64,000 bases of DNA. It comes from Selaginella moellendorffii (Eukaryota; Plantae; Lycopodiophyta). The notes beneath the pieces were generated by a model, which searched no databases, was not told the DNA's origin, and worked only from the letters and a program-made list of their open reading frames with translations. Shown here in pieces: positions 48,909-62,866 of the stretch (positions within the stretch are counted from its first letter, which is position 1; each line of letters starts with the position of its first letter). Made by a program: the position numbers and the translations under genes. The stretch is from contig NW_003314289.1 in the NCBI RefSeq assembly GCF_000143415.4, forward strand, positions 1,234,293 through 1,298,292, in the 5' to 3' direction.

Positions 48909-51098
48909 ATTATGAAGTTTGGCTTATGGATGTATTGAAAAGAATGTTGTAGGTTATCCCATGATTTCTTTTATAGCATTGAAATTAATTCATGTGAAAC
49001 TTGTGATCATTATTAGGCAAGATTTGGCTATAAACTTTTTCGAACTTTTAGTTTATTGAGTTTTATGCTCATTGTTCCATTTGTTAGAAGTTGGTGGGGA
49101 AGGTATTTTAGCTCATTAGCTTCAATGTTGAAGTTAGTTTTTGCATCTAATAATCATTGGTGATAATTGACTATCATCTAGGATAGTTGATTATCCTTAT
49201 CACAAAGTTTTACTTGATTGTTGTTGATATAGAATGATTTGCTATTCTTCGGGATGGTGGATTCCTTTTTAGACAATGGTTTTGCATATCTTTTTTGATG
49301 GGATGATTAATGATCTTTCATGATGGTTAATTGTTCTCTTTGATGGTTTATGGCTTTTTGCAATACCACATGTTCTTTGTGGTTTGCTCTAGATTAGTTT
49401 TTTGGGTTTGAGACATCAGTAAGATGTTACTGACACTTGTTTAGACAACTTGAGTTCCTTGGTATTGTTGACTGGAATCTATTCAAATTGGCTGGTGCGA
49501 TGGTTGGCATGGCTAAGTGTTTGTTGGTCCTACCACATTCATTATGTTCTGTTGATTGTTGCTCGAGTTAGTTCTGCAAGATTAGGATGTTATTTCCTTT
49601 GGGTGATACATTCGCGAGTCTTTTGTTTGCCAGTCAATGATACTTTGTGTTTTTTAAATTATTTTTGGTAAGTTGTTTAGCATACTGTCTACAATCCTTG
49701 ATAGTTAAGTTTTCTCATTGAGTTTACTTGGTGATATACCTGCTATTGAATTTTGTTGGATGGTGACTTCTATGTTTTCCAAAGATAGTGATCTTGGTGG
49801 TTCCTATACTCAAATATTCGTTTATCGGATGATAACTTACTTGGAATACATTTGTATTCTAATCTAAGATTTATTCACTAATAATTAAGTCTCTCAGATA
49901 TCATTGTCTATGACTTTGGGGGGTTCTAAATGTATAGTAGGTAGATTGGGCATGGCTGATCAACCTAAGGCATAGTCTAGCTCCCGCTTGCATGCCAGTC
50001 CTTGTTTTGCATCCGACTTGGGTCTAAGCCCAAGTTCCATTCTATGCTAGCTGGTGGAGTATCTATATCCTCACGTTAAGCCACCGGTATGCTAAAATGG
50101 CGTCAGACTCCGTTTGGCTCTGTTTTGCATGTTGGTCTTAGCATTGGGATGCTAATTGCTCTAGGACTGTTCCAAGTTGCTCTGGGCTCCCCTTAGGCTA
50201 TACGCTCGGGAGTTGCTCCGTGGTTCGGTTCTATCACTCCTTAGCTCTATGCTTGGGAGTTTGGCACTGTTCCTTTATTCAATGGCCCAAGGCTTTGAAA
50301 CTCGGGTTTCACATTAGTGTCTTTGGACACGTGGCATTTGACACATGGCATGTGTCACGTGGCATAAAGAGGGTTTAGGTTCCGCTTCGTAGTGTTATCC
50401 TATGGTAAATCACTATAAGATAAAGGGTGAAAACCATGTGCACTACAATAATTGGAATTGTAATTAGTTCATTTAAATTCCATAGTTGATTAATACTTAT
50501 GCCATAACTTTAGGTTTTATTTTTATCATGGTTGTCAGTAAATATTTTTGTATGTAAACAAAGGTTTAAACCCAAATTAATATATGATATAAACTGATAT
50601 ATACTGAATATTTTATATATTGTTAATCCACTTTTTAAATGCAGTTTACTTGGTGATACATATGTGATAGTGACACATAGAAGTTTCATTAAGGTGTGTC
50701 AGTTGTTTTAATTTGAGAAAAAAATATTTTTCACAAAATGACACACATTTATATTCAGTAAAAAGCTATTATAAAAGAATACATTTGTGATTTTATAATA
50801 TCACATTTAAATGAACTAATATTAAAAGAAATGTATATTAACTAGGGTTTAGACCCTGCTCAATTAGGAGCATACATCCATAAAAAACTGTTTTTAAAAT
50901 AGATAAATAAACAAAAGAAATCAATTTTTTTTCTTTTTGCATTTGCAAGTGTACTATTTTGGCAATAGGCTTAATTCCAATTCTTAGTATATTTCCCAGT
51001 GTTGTCCTCGAAGCACGCTCACATGAAAAACACCATTGGTGGATATAGCCTTGAATATAGTGGTGGTGTCATCAGGCCTATAACTAATTTAGAAAAAC

Positions 51099-51521
51099 AT
51101 GCATAGTCTTCGTGCTTTGTTCCTCTCCTCCTTTATGATTTTGGTGTTTAACACTGCATCTCAGAAAGAAATCTTTGTCACTCTCACAAACTATGTCGGG
51201 AGTGACTTGAAGATTGCTTGCCAGTCTTCTACACACAAGTCTTTGATGTCAAATGGATTCATGGAAGATGGTAGCACTTCTAGCTTCCAATTTGAGGGTA
51301 ACAACTCAACCATCTATCATTGTGAAGTATGCTCTAAATATGGGCATCAACAATTTGACATATTTGGGGGACATGCCCCAGGGAATTGGAAGAATGCCAC
51401 AATTGATCAAATCAATTGGTTTGTATATGGATATGGAATCTTTGTTGCCAATAGTTGTATAGATCAAAGAAAATGTTCCATGAGCAACCTAAACAAATGG
51501 TATGATTGGAAGGCTTGGTAA
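51099..51521 (+). CDS. Secreted S-protein homologue (SPH / self-incompatibility S1-like), 140 aa
   Basis: Signal peptide, then V.LTN....L.IAC.S, G....F.F, TIYHC, FDIF, W.V...GIF and a terminal WYDW pattern. Intronless. Confidence 0.65.
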   Translation: MHSLRALFLSSFMILVFNTASQKEIFVTLTNYVGSDLKIACQSSTHKSLMSNGFMEDGSTSSFQFEGNNSTIYHCEVCSKYGHQQFDIFGGHAPGNWKNATIDQINWFVYGYGIFVANSCIDQRKCSMSNLNKWYDWKAW

Positions 51522-51648
51522 ATTGGTTGAAAATATTTTCATCCAAATTATAAACATTGAATTTAATAAGGTTTGGCTTAACTTGAAATTAAACAAAACC
51601 AGAAGCGACGTGTGGGAAAATATTTCTAGGGTTCTTCGTGGAAGGCGA

Positions 51649-53401
51649 ATGGCGACCTCTGGCGTGGTCCTCCGGCCTCTCGATTGCACGCCATCGCCGT
51701 CCTCCCCACGCGGCTATGGCTGCAATTCCAGCGGCGTCGCTGGCGATGGCAGTGGCGAGGAGGAGGAAGAGAGCATCCAGATCTTCGTCGCCATGGCGGG
51801 CAAGGCGCTCATTCCCCTCCGGATCCTCACCAGCGACACCATCGCCTCGGTCAAGATGCGCATTCAATCGCTCAAGCGAGGTATGTATGTCAAGCAGCAA
51901 AAGCTCGTGCACGACGGCCGGGAGCTCGCCAGGGACACGAGCCGCGTGAAGGATTATGGGATCCGGCCTAGGGATGTGATCCATCTCGTCCTGCGCGTCT
52001 CGGATCTTCTCCAAGTGGTGGTAAAATCCGGAGGAGGGAGAGAGTACATGCTGAAAGTGGATCGAAGCAGCAGCAGGAAGCCAGCAGCACGATCCCAGAG
52101 CCTCTCTACTTCTCGCCACGAAGATCAAGGATTGATCTTGAGAGGCGAGCGCCTGGACGACAAGAGATTGATCGAGGACTTTCTCCTGGAAGACGATGCC
52201 GAGGTCCACATCGTGGCGAGAAAAGCTGCCAAAGTACGTACTTGGCACGTAGGTGGCGGGGGAACCGAAGTTTTCATCGAGGATGAGAAGCGATCCAAGC
52301 GAAGAGGAGCTACTGCTCTGATCGAGTCTGGGGTGGTGAGCTGCCAGCCAGAGATCCAAGTTCCAGAATCGCTTCTGGACATGCTCGGGGAGATCAACGC
52401 TGGGCTGGATCAAGGATTTTCTCCCGTCTTGTCCAGTGCTGGCACCGGTGGAGCGTACTGCATGCTGGATCGATCGGGAAGCAAGGCTCTGGCGATTTTC
52501 AAGCCCATGGACGAGGAGCCCATGGCCGAGAACAATCCGAGAGGTTTGCCACTGTCCATAAGTGGCGAGGGACTGAAGAGAGGGACCATTGCCGGGCAGG
52601 GAGCGCTCCGAGAAGTTGCTGCTTACGTCTTGGATCATCCGAGGAGTGGACCGAGAGCTCTGGCCGGGAAGAACGAGAAAGGCTTCGCGGGAGTTCCTCC
52701 CACTGTCATGGTCCGCTGCTGCCACGCCGGAGCGGCTTTCAGCGAGCCGGAGAAGCTGGGATCCTTGCAACAGTTCGTCTACTCGTGGAGCAACTGCGAG
52801 GACATGGGGCCTGCTCGTTTCCCCGTGGACGAGGTGCACAAGATCGCTATACTGGATATCCGACTCGCCAACACCGACAGGAATGGTTCCAACATTCTTG
52901 TTTGCGAGTCGCCGGACACCTCTTCCATGGAGCTCGTCCCCATCGATCATGGCTACTGCCTTCCAAGCAAGGTAAACCATCTCTCTCAGAGCAGATCTCT
53001 AAACTCGATCCATGCAGTTCGAGGACTGTACGTTCGAGTGGCTAACTTGGAACCAGTCCCGGCATCCTTTCTCCAAGCCGAGCCTGGAATACATCGCTTC
53101 TCTGGACGCGGACAAGGACCTGGAGCTCCTGGAGCAGCACGGGTGGCGGATTGGAGTCGAGTCGGCCCGAGTGCTGCGAGTCTCAACCATGCTGCTGCAG
53201 CGCGGGGCAGCTGCTGGGCTGTGCGCCTTTGACATCGGCTCCATGATGTGCCGGGACGCGCTGGACAGCAAGTCGGCCATCGAGAGAATGCTGGAGGAAG
53301 CCGAGGGGTGTGTTCTTCCCGAGACGAGCCAAGAGGCGTTCATGGAGGCCCTGGCTCAAGTCATGGATTATCACTTCCAGCAACCTCACACCCAACGGTA
53401 G
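51649..53401 (+). CDS. Type II phosphatidylinositol 4-kinase gamma with ubiquitin-like domains (intron 52972-53017)
   Basis: N-terminal UBL (DTIASVKMRIQ...QQKLV), GTGGAY, FKPMDEEP, REVAAYVLDH, DIRLANTDR and PIDHGYCLP..|FEDCTFEW. Confidence 0.93.
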
Positions 53402-56155
53402 CTTTCTGTAATCTTATTCTTCCGTTTCTATGGTTAAGCTTTGATCTCCACTCTCATGGTAAATGACTACCTTGCAACGTATTGAAGGGTATCCAATGTG
53501 CAAAGAACAGTTTGTGATCCAGTTAGAGATAAAACGTCAAACTTTGAAGCTCCAGGCCAAAACACAGTTTAAAGCCTTCTCTTCCTCCTCTCCTGAGATT
53601 TTCTTGTTTCCATCAGCAAGCAAGAAATTAAACAGGAAGTTCTTACTTGCTCATGATCAGTTGTTTCTCTCCTATGCACTCAAACAGCGATAAGTACAGC
53701 CATAGCTCCAGCTCCAAAGGCAAGCGTGCTGAGCAGGAGAAAGATCCACGATCCACGATCCATGATCGAGCAAGCGACTCCTCCAACCGTGCATGGTATC
53801 AACTCACTCCCGCCCCAAAACATCCATAAATTTTTTCCCAAAACCATTTCTAATTCGAAACTAAAATGGACGGTTGGCAAACCGTGCCATTAAAAGTGTG
53901 TTCAAATAACCAAATAAGTTTTGTTTGATTATTAAGGAATTTCAGCACTTTATTTAAATATTTTGAAATGCTTCTGATAATGATTAGATTTATTTTAACT
54001 CACTTTTGTTTAGTATCAAGCTTCCTGATGGTCAAGAAGATTATCGTTTGTCACTTCCACCAATTCAAATTGTAATGGCATTACCAATTCATGGCATTGC
54101 TAATTTAAATCAAATCTCCAATATAAATTATATGGTATGTGATTTATTATACAAGTGGAAGTCACACTAAACCCATTTATTATTAGACAATTGAACCATT
54201 AAATTATTAGATATTGAAGTAAGGAACATGAACAGATAGAGTTGTTTAATTATAAGATTTTAAAATAATACTTTTGTAGATTATGTAGAGAGTAATTTTA
54301 TCAAGTTTTTATATCCTTTATAGTAGGCTCAACATACAATAATATTTATAATACTTTTGTTGCATAATAAACTCTTAATTTTTTTTAGCATTATATATAA
54401 AAGTATATAAAATAATATTTGTTACTTTTAATTAATTTGAGATTTCCACAAATTATATTAAGAAAAAATTTAATAAATAAAAATTAAAAATAAATAAAAG
54501 TAAAATAATTAGACTTTACATTATTGTAAAAATTAAGGCATTAGCTATTTTTCACACTTTTATTAGAACATAAATAAAGATGTTTTGAATGAAATAAATA
54601 ATTTATTAAATTATATTTATTAATTATTTGAAGCTTGTTTCCAATTTTTTCTTTTGTTCTAGTTAAGTAGACACAAAAGATTAATGTTAATTTATTATTA
54701 TCATAAAAAAATATAAATTACTTTACATATATATAAATTTTGAATAAAGATATTCATTAAATATATTAAAGGTTGCCACGCATAAATTATGGATACCAAG
54801 ATGTATCCTAAAATAATAAAAAACTTTTACGTTAAATGGAAATAGCGTGTCAAGAGTTTAAATAAGTGTGGTGATGTAAAGGAATATGATGGTTATAAAG
54901 GATATTTATTACCTTTTATAAAAGTTTTGATATATCTATTTATGCTTATAACAACTAAGTTTTGAAAGAAATTAAAATTTATTTTGATCTTGATTTTATT
55001 ACATATAGGCAATTGTGAAAAAAGTTTTTGGTAAAAATCACAAAAAAATAAATAAAATAAAAGTATAGCAAAATCTATATTAAAACTAATTAAGTTTTAA
55101 GTAGTTTATACATATAAAAAAATTTAGTTTCTCATAATGATAAAGTATTTTTTTGTTGATTGTAAATTATAATAATATTTATAAAAAATGAGTATAAAAA
55201 ATTACATAGAACATTATGAGATGATGGTAACTGTTATTTTAATATGTTAGCTTTATGGGCTATAAATAAATATTATAGAAATTCATTATTTACTGTTTAA
55301 AATATTTATTAATGTTTTAAATATTTTTATGGTTATTAGATACATTCATTTTAATTTGATAAAAAAGTTTCATTTTAAAAATAAAAAAGTTTTCATTGAT
55401 TAATCACCCAACTTCTCACCACACCTAAAAGTAAGCTTTACTATCATTTTATGCAATGTCTAAGAAATATTAAAAAATCTGAAAACACTTAAGCAACAGT
55501 CAGGTAAAAAACAGGTCCAAGCACTTTGAGTTGATAGTGCTTAAGCATTTGATCAAGCTAACACAAACCTAAGAGAATCATTGAAAAACACAATGAGTTC
55601 ATAAAGACTCCTCACTTGGACCTTGAAAGCATAAGCTCAGAGACAGCAAAGAAAGTTTTACAGTGAGAACTCACTAGATTGGCGTGACTGAACAAACTCC
55701 TTTGCAGAAAAGTGAAAAAAGAAAAATAAAGTCACATAACATATTGTATATCAACCAACCCACACTAATGTCTTTGGCGCTTGCATTCTGCTCAAAAGAT
55801 GTTAGTGCAAACGATGGGATTGGCAACACTTTTGTTCATTGGCGTGAACAAAAGTCATCCGGATCATTTGGCTTGGGATGCGTGGGCTACTTGTACCAAA
55901 TAATTGATTTCTCGAATATCCTCGCCATGACCTTTGCAGACCCGAGGAAAACCCGAGCACAGTATTCCAGATTATATCAAGCGCTGCGCTCGCGAAGGTA
56001 CGCGTTCGCTCTGGGCATACACTGCCAACCAGGAGAATTCCCCACTCGCCATGCCATCTGGACGATGAGATGCTTGCTCGCGAGAATCTAGTGTTCTTCC
56101 ATTTGCTCGAAGAAGACTCATCAATCCAGTGAGCGGTTTGGAGGCGCCGAGGCGT

Positions 56156-58729
56156 TCATCGAGACCCTGGCTGAAGCTTCTTCCATCTCAATGGTCCAAG
56201 TTGCAAGCTTTTGCTCTCCATGAGTTTCACCACTCCCTCACATCCGGCAGCAGCAAGCCACGAGCTCGAATCGATCGTCTTCCCGGCGGCACGAACACCA
56301 CAGTCGAGATCCAGGTAGAGCTTCACCGCCGAGACCAAGGTCCCCCACTCCACACCCTTCGGTAGAACAGCCATGCTCTCGACGAGCTCCTGGGCATCAT
56401 CCAGCTTCCCGGCCTTCCCAAGGATATCGATCATGCAGCCGTAGTGCTCTCCCACCGGAGCTATGCCGTGATCCGAGACCATCGACACGAAGCACTCGCG
56501 TCCCTCCTTCACCATACCGCATCCTATCAGCACGCTCGCGTACGAGACCTCGTCCGGCAAGACGCCCTCCACTTCCATCCCCCGGAAGAGCTCCATGGCC
56601 TCTCTCCCATGGCCGTGCCGGGCATACGCCGCCACCATTGCGTTCCAAGCTCTCACGTCCCGCTCCGGCATGGAGTCGAAGAGGCTCTTGGCTTGATCCA
56701 CCTGGCCGCAGCGAGCATACGCCTCGAGCAAGCTCATGGACGAGATCGAGTTCCTGTCCGGCATCTCGTCCAGCAGCCACTTTGCCTCGTCCAGCCGCCC
56801 CGAGCTTGCGTACGCCGCCACCATCGCGTTCCAGGCCACCGCGTCCTTGACAGCTATGCCGTCGAACACCCTCCTGGCTTCCTCGAGGTGGCCGTCTTGT
56901 GCGTAAGCCACCACCATCGCCGTGGAGGATCCCTGCGTTCTCTCCGGAATGGTGGCGTAGAGTGCCTGCGCGAGCTCCAAGCTCCGCTCCCTCACGTACG
57001 CTTGCAGCATCACCGTCCACGAGGCCACGTCCCTCTGCGGCATCCTGTCGAAGATGGCCTTGGACTCTTTCATCTGTCCCGAGTGAGCGGACGCCACTGC
57101 CAGTGCCACCCACGCCGAGACGTTCCTCTCGTGCATCCTGTCGAAGAGCTTCTTCGTGTCGTGCAAGTGCCCGCTCTTCGAGAACGCCATGAGCAAGACT
57201 GTCCAGGCCGTCGAGTTCTCCCCTGGAACTTGCTCGAACAGGTCCATCACCTCCGGGAGATGCCCATACTGCTTGCACGAGCACACCACCATCGTCCAAG
57301 TCACCTCGTTCCAGTAGCTCATCCTCTCAAACACCGCCTTTGCACGAGCGAGGTGGCCAGTCCGAGCATACGCGGAGAGCAGCGAGTTCCAGGCCACCAG
57401 ATCCTTCTCGAGCATGTCGTCGAACAGCCTCCTCACGAGCTCCAGATGGCTGTCGTCGTGAGAGAAGGCCTGGAGGAGGATCGTGTTGGATGCAACGTTG
57501 TGCATCGGCATCACCTCAAACAAGGCCCTGGCATCGTCCCTGTATCCGTTGTGAGAGTAGGCCTCGAGCATCCTGTTCCAAGTCTCCAAACTCCGGTCCG
57601 GCATCCGATCAAACAGCTCCTTTGCATCGTCGAAACAGTCGTTGTCCGCAAAGGCCGAGAGCATGGTGTTCCACGACGTTGTGTTTGGATCCGGCATGAT
57701 CTGAAAGAGCACCTTCGCCTCTTCAACTCGGCCACCTTGAGCATAAGCCGAGAGCATAACGTTCCACGACACCGGATCCGGATCTGGCATGGTATGAAAC
57801 ATGCTCTTCGCTTCCTCCAGCCGGCCATTCTTCGCATACGCATTCACCACCGCGTTCCACGAGATCACATCCTGTTCCGGCATCGAGAAGAAGAGCTCCT
57901 TGGCCTTGTCCACAAACCCGTTCTCAGCATACCCGCTTATCATGGCGTTCCAGGAGATCACATCCCGCATTGGCATCCTCTTGAACAGAAACTCTGCCTC
58001 GTCGTGGAAGCCGCTCTGGCTGTAAGCCACCGTCATGGCCGTCCAAGCCACCACGTTCCTCGTCGGCATGGTGACAAACACCCGGAACGCGTGCTCGAGG
58101 TACCCGTTCTGGGCATACGCAGCAACCATCGCGTTCCAGGTGACCAGAGTTCTCTGCGGGATGGCGTCAAACAGCTTCTTGGCCTTGTTCATCTCCTTGT
58201 TCTGTGTATAGATTGTCATCATCGTGTTCCACGAGATAACGTCCCTGCCCTGCATCCTGTCCCACAGCCTCCTGGCCTTGTGCAGTGCTCCATTCACGGC
58301 ATAACCGGTGAGCATGGTGGTATAGGCCACGGCGTTCCTGTCCGGCATCCCCATGAACAGCCGCGTAGCGTCGTGCATGAGGTTGTTCTCCACGTAAACT
58401 TTGAGCATGAGCGAGTGCGTGTAGTCGTTCCTGTCCTTGATCCGGTCGAAAACCCATCTGGCTTCGACGACGCTGCCGCACTTGCCATACATTTCGATGA
58501 GCAAATTGCTGAGGAACCTGCTGCCGCGGTACACGGATTCCCGGATGCAGGCATGCACTCGCCGGCCTTCCTGCAGGTCCTTTGCATCTCCGCAGGCCTT
58601 GACGAGGCATATGAAGTTGTTTCTTTCGTTGCTCGCTTCCGCCAAGTTCTCCACCTCGGGCTGGAGATCAAGGTTTCTCGGAGCTGATTTGTCAAAATGC
58701 CATTTAGGTGGGTGGCGGATTTTCACCAT
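56156..58729 (-). CDS. PLS-class pentatricopeptide repeat protein with an E-like domain (857 aa)
   Basis: Long run of ~31-aa S-type repeats (DVISWNAMISGYAENG..A..LF..MP), then HYGCMIDILGKAGKL..A and W.TLVSA. No DYW domain. Confidence 0.93.
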   Translation of the reverse strand: MVKIRHPPKWHFDKSAPRNLDLQPEVENLAEASNERNNFICLVKACGDAKDLQEGRRVHACIRESVYRGSRFLSNLLIEMYGKCGSVVEARWVFDRIKDRNDYTHSLMLKVYVENNLMHDATRLFMGMPDRNAVAYTTMLTGYAVNGALHKARRLWDRMQGRDVISWNTMMTIYTQNKEMNKAKKLFDAIPQRTLVTWNAMVAAYAQNGYLEHAFRVFVTMPTRNVVAWTAMTVAYSQSGFHDEAEFLFKRMPMRDVISWNAMISGYAENGFVDKAKELFFSMPEQDVISWNAVVNAYAKNGRLEEAKSMFHTMPDPDPVSWNVMLSAYAQGGRVEEAKVLFQIMPDPNTTSWNTMLSAFADNDCFDDAKELFDRMPDRSLETWNRMLEAYSHNGYRDDARALFEVMPMHNVASNTILLQAFSHDDSHLELVRRLFDDMLEKDLVAWNSLLSAYARTGHLARAKAVFERMSYWNEVTWTMVVCSCKQYGHLPEVMDLFEQVPGENSTAWTVLLMAFSKSGHLHDTKKLFDRMHERNVSAWVALAVASAHSGQMKESKAIFDRMPQRDVASWTVMLQAYVRERSLELAQALYATIPERTQGSSTAMVVAYAQDGHLEEARRVFDGIAVKDAVAWNAMVAAYASSGRLDEAKWLLDEMPDRNSISSMSLLEAYARCGQVDQAKSLFDSMPERDVRAWNAMVAAYARHGHGREAMELFRGMEVEGVLPDEVSYASVLIGCGMVKEGRECFVSMVSDHGIAPVGEHYGCMIDILGKAGKLDDAQELVESMAVLPKGVEWGTLVSAVKLYLDLDCGVRAAGKTIDSSSWLAAAGCEGVVKLMESKSLQLGPLRWKKLQPGSR

Positions 58730-58797
58730 GGCTCTAAATTAACACCAGATACGAATGTTAGAAAACATAGAAGATAGCCAAGTCTTAAACCGGAATC

Positions 58798-60528
<1,731 letters not shown>

Positions 60529-60636
60529 CGATATGATCTAAGACTTCTCTATTAAGCCATAAAAGAACCAAGTTAAACTAATCACTCTTACAATACAAAC
60601 CGTCTTACCAAAATTTAGTTTTGTTTGATCTATAGC

Positions 60637-61713
60637 TTACTTCTTTCTTCTTCGTTTTCTTGGTCGATCATCTTCGTCCCTCGAGTGAGCGTGATCCAGC
60701 CTACGCTCAACACGAATACTGGGAAACGCATCTTGGAGGGCTCCAAAGAATCTTTTCCATCCCACGTAAACACCCTCGATCACCATCGCAGTGATATCCC
60801 TCGGGACTTCATCGACCGAGCCCTGAGCGATCCTGAAACATTCCAAATAGTCGTCCCTGTCCACGAAGTCGGGAGCCTTTCGCCAGCTTCCTCCAGGCTT
60901 GTCGACCAGAAGAACATTGGGAGAGACCATCGTCACGCTCTGCAAGATGTGTGCCAGCATGATCCTTCCAGTTCTCCCGTTTCCATCCACAAAGGGATGG
61001 ATGCTCTCGTACTGGAAGAAGAACCTCCCGCCGAGTTTGAGCAGCTTCGTGGTCTTGTCCTGTGATCTGCTGCTGCTGAGAATCCTGCCAAGATCTCTGC
61101 TCGTCTTCCTCATGAGACCCCTGAGCGCTGAATCGATTCTCTCGGGTCGCATGAAGAAATGCTTGCCGTCTTTGTTGTCTACGTAGACAATCTCGGACAA
61201 GTTCCTGATTCTCCCGGCGATGCTCGGACGAGTGAAGCAAAACATCGACTTGTGAGAGTCGAGAAGCAAACCAATCCCTCCACTGCCGAATTTCTCCTCA
61301 CCCTGTCCAAAGAACCATGGCACCAGTGCTTGATTCAGCCCCCAGACGTTCTTGATCCGCTCGTCACAGTCGTCGTGCATCTCCATCTCCAGGACTCCAT
61401 CCTTGTGGATTGCCTGTTGGGTCTCCTCCAAGGTATCAAACCCTTCGCCCTCGATCTTGTTCACTTGAAAGAGCCATTCTGTGGTGGCTCCAGGTGAGTA
61501 GCACCTTGCCGCCCAATCCTTTCCTGGAGCTCCTAGATTCTCATACCTTGAGCGCATTCCTGAAATCTCTTTCACCATAGCGCTGGTGCTCATTCCCTTG
61601 CCCCGCCAAAAAGGGTTCTCCCGATACTCCTCCATTAGCAAACCCAATGCTTTTGCCCTAATTTGCCAAGCTTTAAAGTCCCAAAAAGGGACAATTAGCA
61701 TTTCTCTTAGCAT
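60637..61713 (-). CDS. Fic (Fido) domain protein, intronless, 358 aa
   Basis: Canonical HPFVDGNGRTGR at 60964-60999, upstream NKIEG inhibitory-helix-like motif, and C-terminal NLS-like RPRKRRRKK. Confidence 0.85.
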   Translation of the reverse strand: MLREMLIVPFWDFKAWQIRAKALGLLMEEYRENPFWRGKGMSTSAMVKEISGMRSRYENLGAPGKDWAARCYSPGATTEWLFQVNKIEGEGFDTLEETQQAIHKDGVLEMEMHDDCDERIKNVWGLNQALVPWFFGQGEEKFGSGGIGLLLDSHKSMFCFTRPSIAGRIRNLSEIVYVDNKDGKHFFMRPERIDSALRGLMRKTSRDLGRILSSSRSQDKTTKLLKLGGRFFFQYESIHPFVDGNGRTGRIMLAHILQSVTMVSPNVLLVDKPGGSWRKAPDFVDRDDYLECFRIAQGSVDEVPRDITAMVIEGVYVGWKRFFGALQDAFPSIRVERRLDHAHSRDEDDRPRKRRRKK

Positions 61714-61728
61714 ATTCTTGTCTTTCGT

Positions 61729-62669
61729 TTAGGGCAAAACAGAGAACTTGGCTGTTCTAAAGTGCTCCAGCTTGCCTTGCGCGGAGAATTTCCACGAGAT
61801 ATTCCTCACCTCGCGCTCGCTCACCACCCAATGCACCGCGCAGGAGAACTCCTCTCCCAATTTCACCTTCTCTGGAACGCATGCGGTGAATCCATAGGGC
61901 ATGTGGATCAGCGTGCTGTCGTCGCAATCTGGCTTGAATCCTCTCCAGATCGCTGGTTTCCTCGTCGCCAGGACCAAACCGGTGGGATAGAGCGTCGTCT
62001 CCTCTCCTACGAATTCCCCTGCTGGTTCCTCTCGCTTGGATTCCAGAGCCACTGTCGCAAGATCGTGATTCCAGACGCTCCCACGCCACGAATCCTCCGG
62101 GCGATCGTCCGTGTCCCGGCTCTCCTCGAGGATTTGGGACGCTGAGAGCGATCCGTCGGTGTTGTAGCTGACGATGATCGCTACCCTCGCATTCTTGCCT
62201 GCAAAGAACAAAGAATCTCTAGAGAAAAGAAAAGAGGGCATGGATCGACGATTCGCTCACCTGGAAGCATGAAGAACACCTCGCCGACCACTGGGCGCTG
62301 AGGGAAATCGATGTCCAGCCCCAGCCAGGCAAGATCGCCATTGGGAAAGACCAGCGTCCTGGAATTTGGGACCGCGGGGTGGATGATCCCGTCCGCGCCG
62401 CAGTGCTCTTGCCGATTGATCAGCCACGATTTGGGCGTCATCTTCCTCTCGGAAGCCCCGGCCGGATCATACCAATCGTTCCTGTGGAACACAACCGAGC
62501 CATCTGCGGCGCGAGATTGGAATGACCTGATGCTGCGGTACGTCCTGGCGATCTCTAGCGAGTCGCTCACCCGCCAGTTGATCCAGATGCCGTGCCAATG
62601 CTGCCAGTGAAATTCGCCAAACCAGCGCCATAGATCTTCGGGATTGAGCTTGCGCGGTTCTTCCGCCAT
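61729..62669 (-). CDS. DUF3598-like double beta-barrel protein, two exons (intron about 62199-62260)
   Basis: W..F..FH...WHGIW, RSIRSFQS, DGIIHP...SRTLVFPNG..AW, EVFF, IIVSY...G.L and MPYG....VPEKV..G..F match the cyanobacterial-type DUF3598 pattern as I recall it. Confidence 0.65.
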
Positions 62670-62684
62670 AGAAATAAAGATTTG

Positions 62685-62757
62685 ACTCCCTGGCAGGATT
62701 CGAACCTCGCCAATACTAAGTACTCATCACTGGCAGGATTCGAACCCTCGACAGTGA
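62685..62757 (-). repeat. Two tandem tRNA T-arm/B-box-like hairpins (17-bp direct repeat ctggcaggattcgaacc)
   Basis: Repeats at 62690-62706 and 62730-62746; the minus strand reads GGTTCGAATCCTGCCAG. Confidence 0.6.
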
Positions 62758-62866
62758 TAGGGCCTTTTAGGTTTCTTGGTTTGGGGAGCGGGAACGATGG
62801 TGATGGAGGCGGCGGAGGCGGCAGAGGCGATGGAGGCGATGGAGGCGGCGGAGGTCGTGGCGAGAT

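Larger units (their letters stand above)
36255..50447 (+). mobile_element. Old, degenerate outer LTR retroelement hosting two nested insertions
   Basis: Direct repeats at about 36295-36842 and 49917-50447, both ending cactaCA. PBS TGGTATCAGAG (tRNA-iMet) at 36845-36855. Left boundary and TSD unresolved; no intact ORFs inside. Confidence 0.75.

Noticed and set aside
53860-55600. AT-rich tract with a small hairpin at 53867-53889, possibly a Helitron or DNA transposon
   Set aside because: No CTRR end, terminal inverted repeats or TSD could be identified.
56444-58687. 747-aa ORF antisense to the PPR gene (and a 463-aa ORF antisense to PI4K-gamma)
   Set aside because: Shadow ORFs caused by GC-rich codon usage on the coding strand; no motifs.
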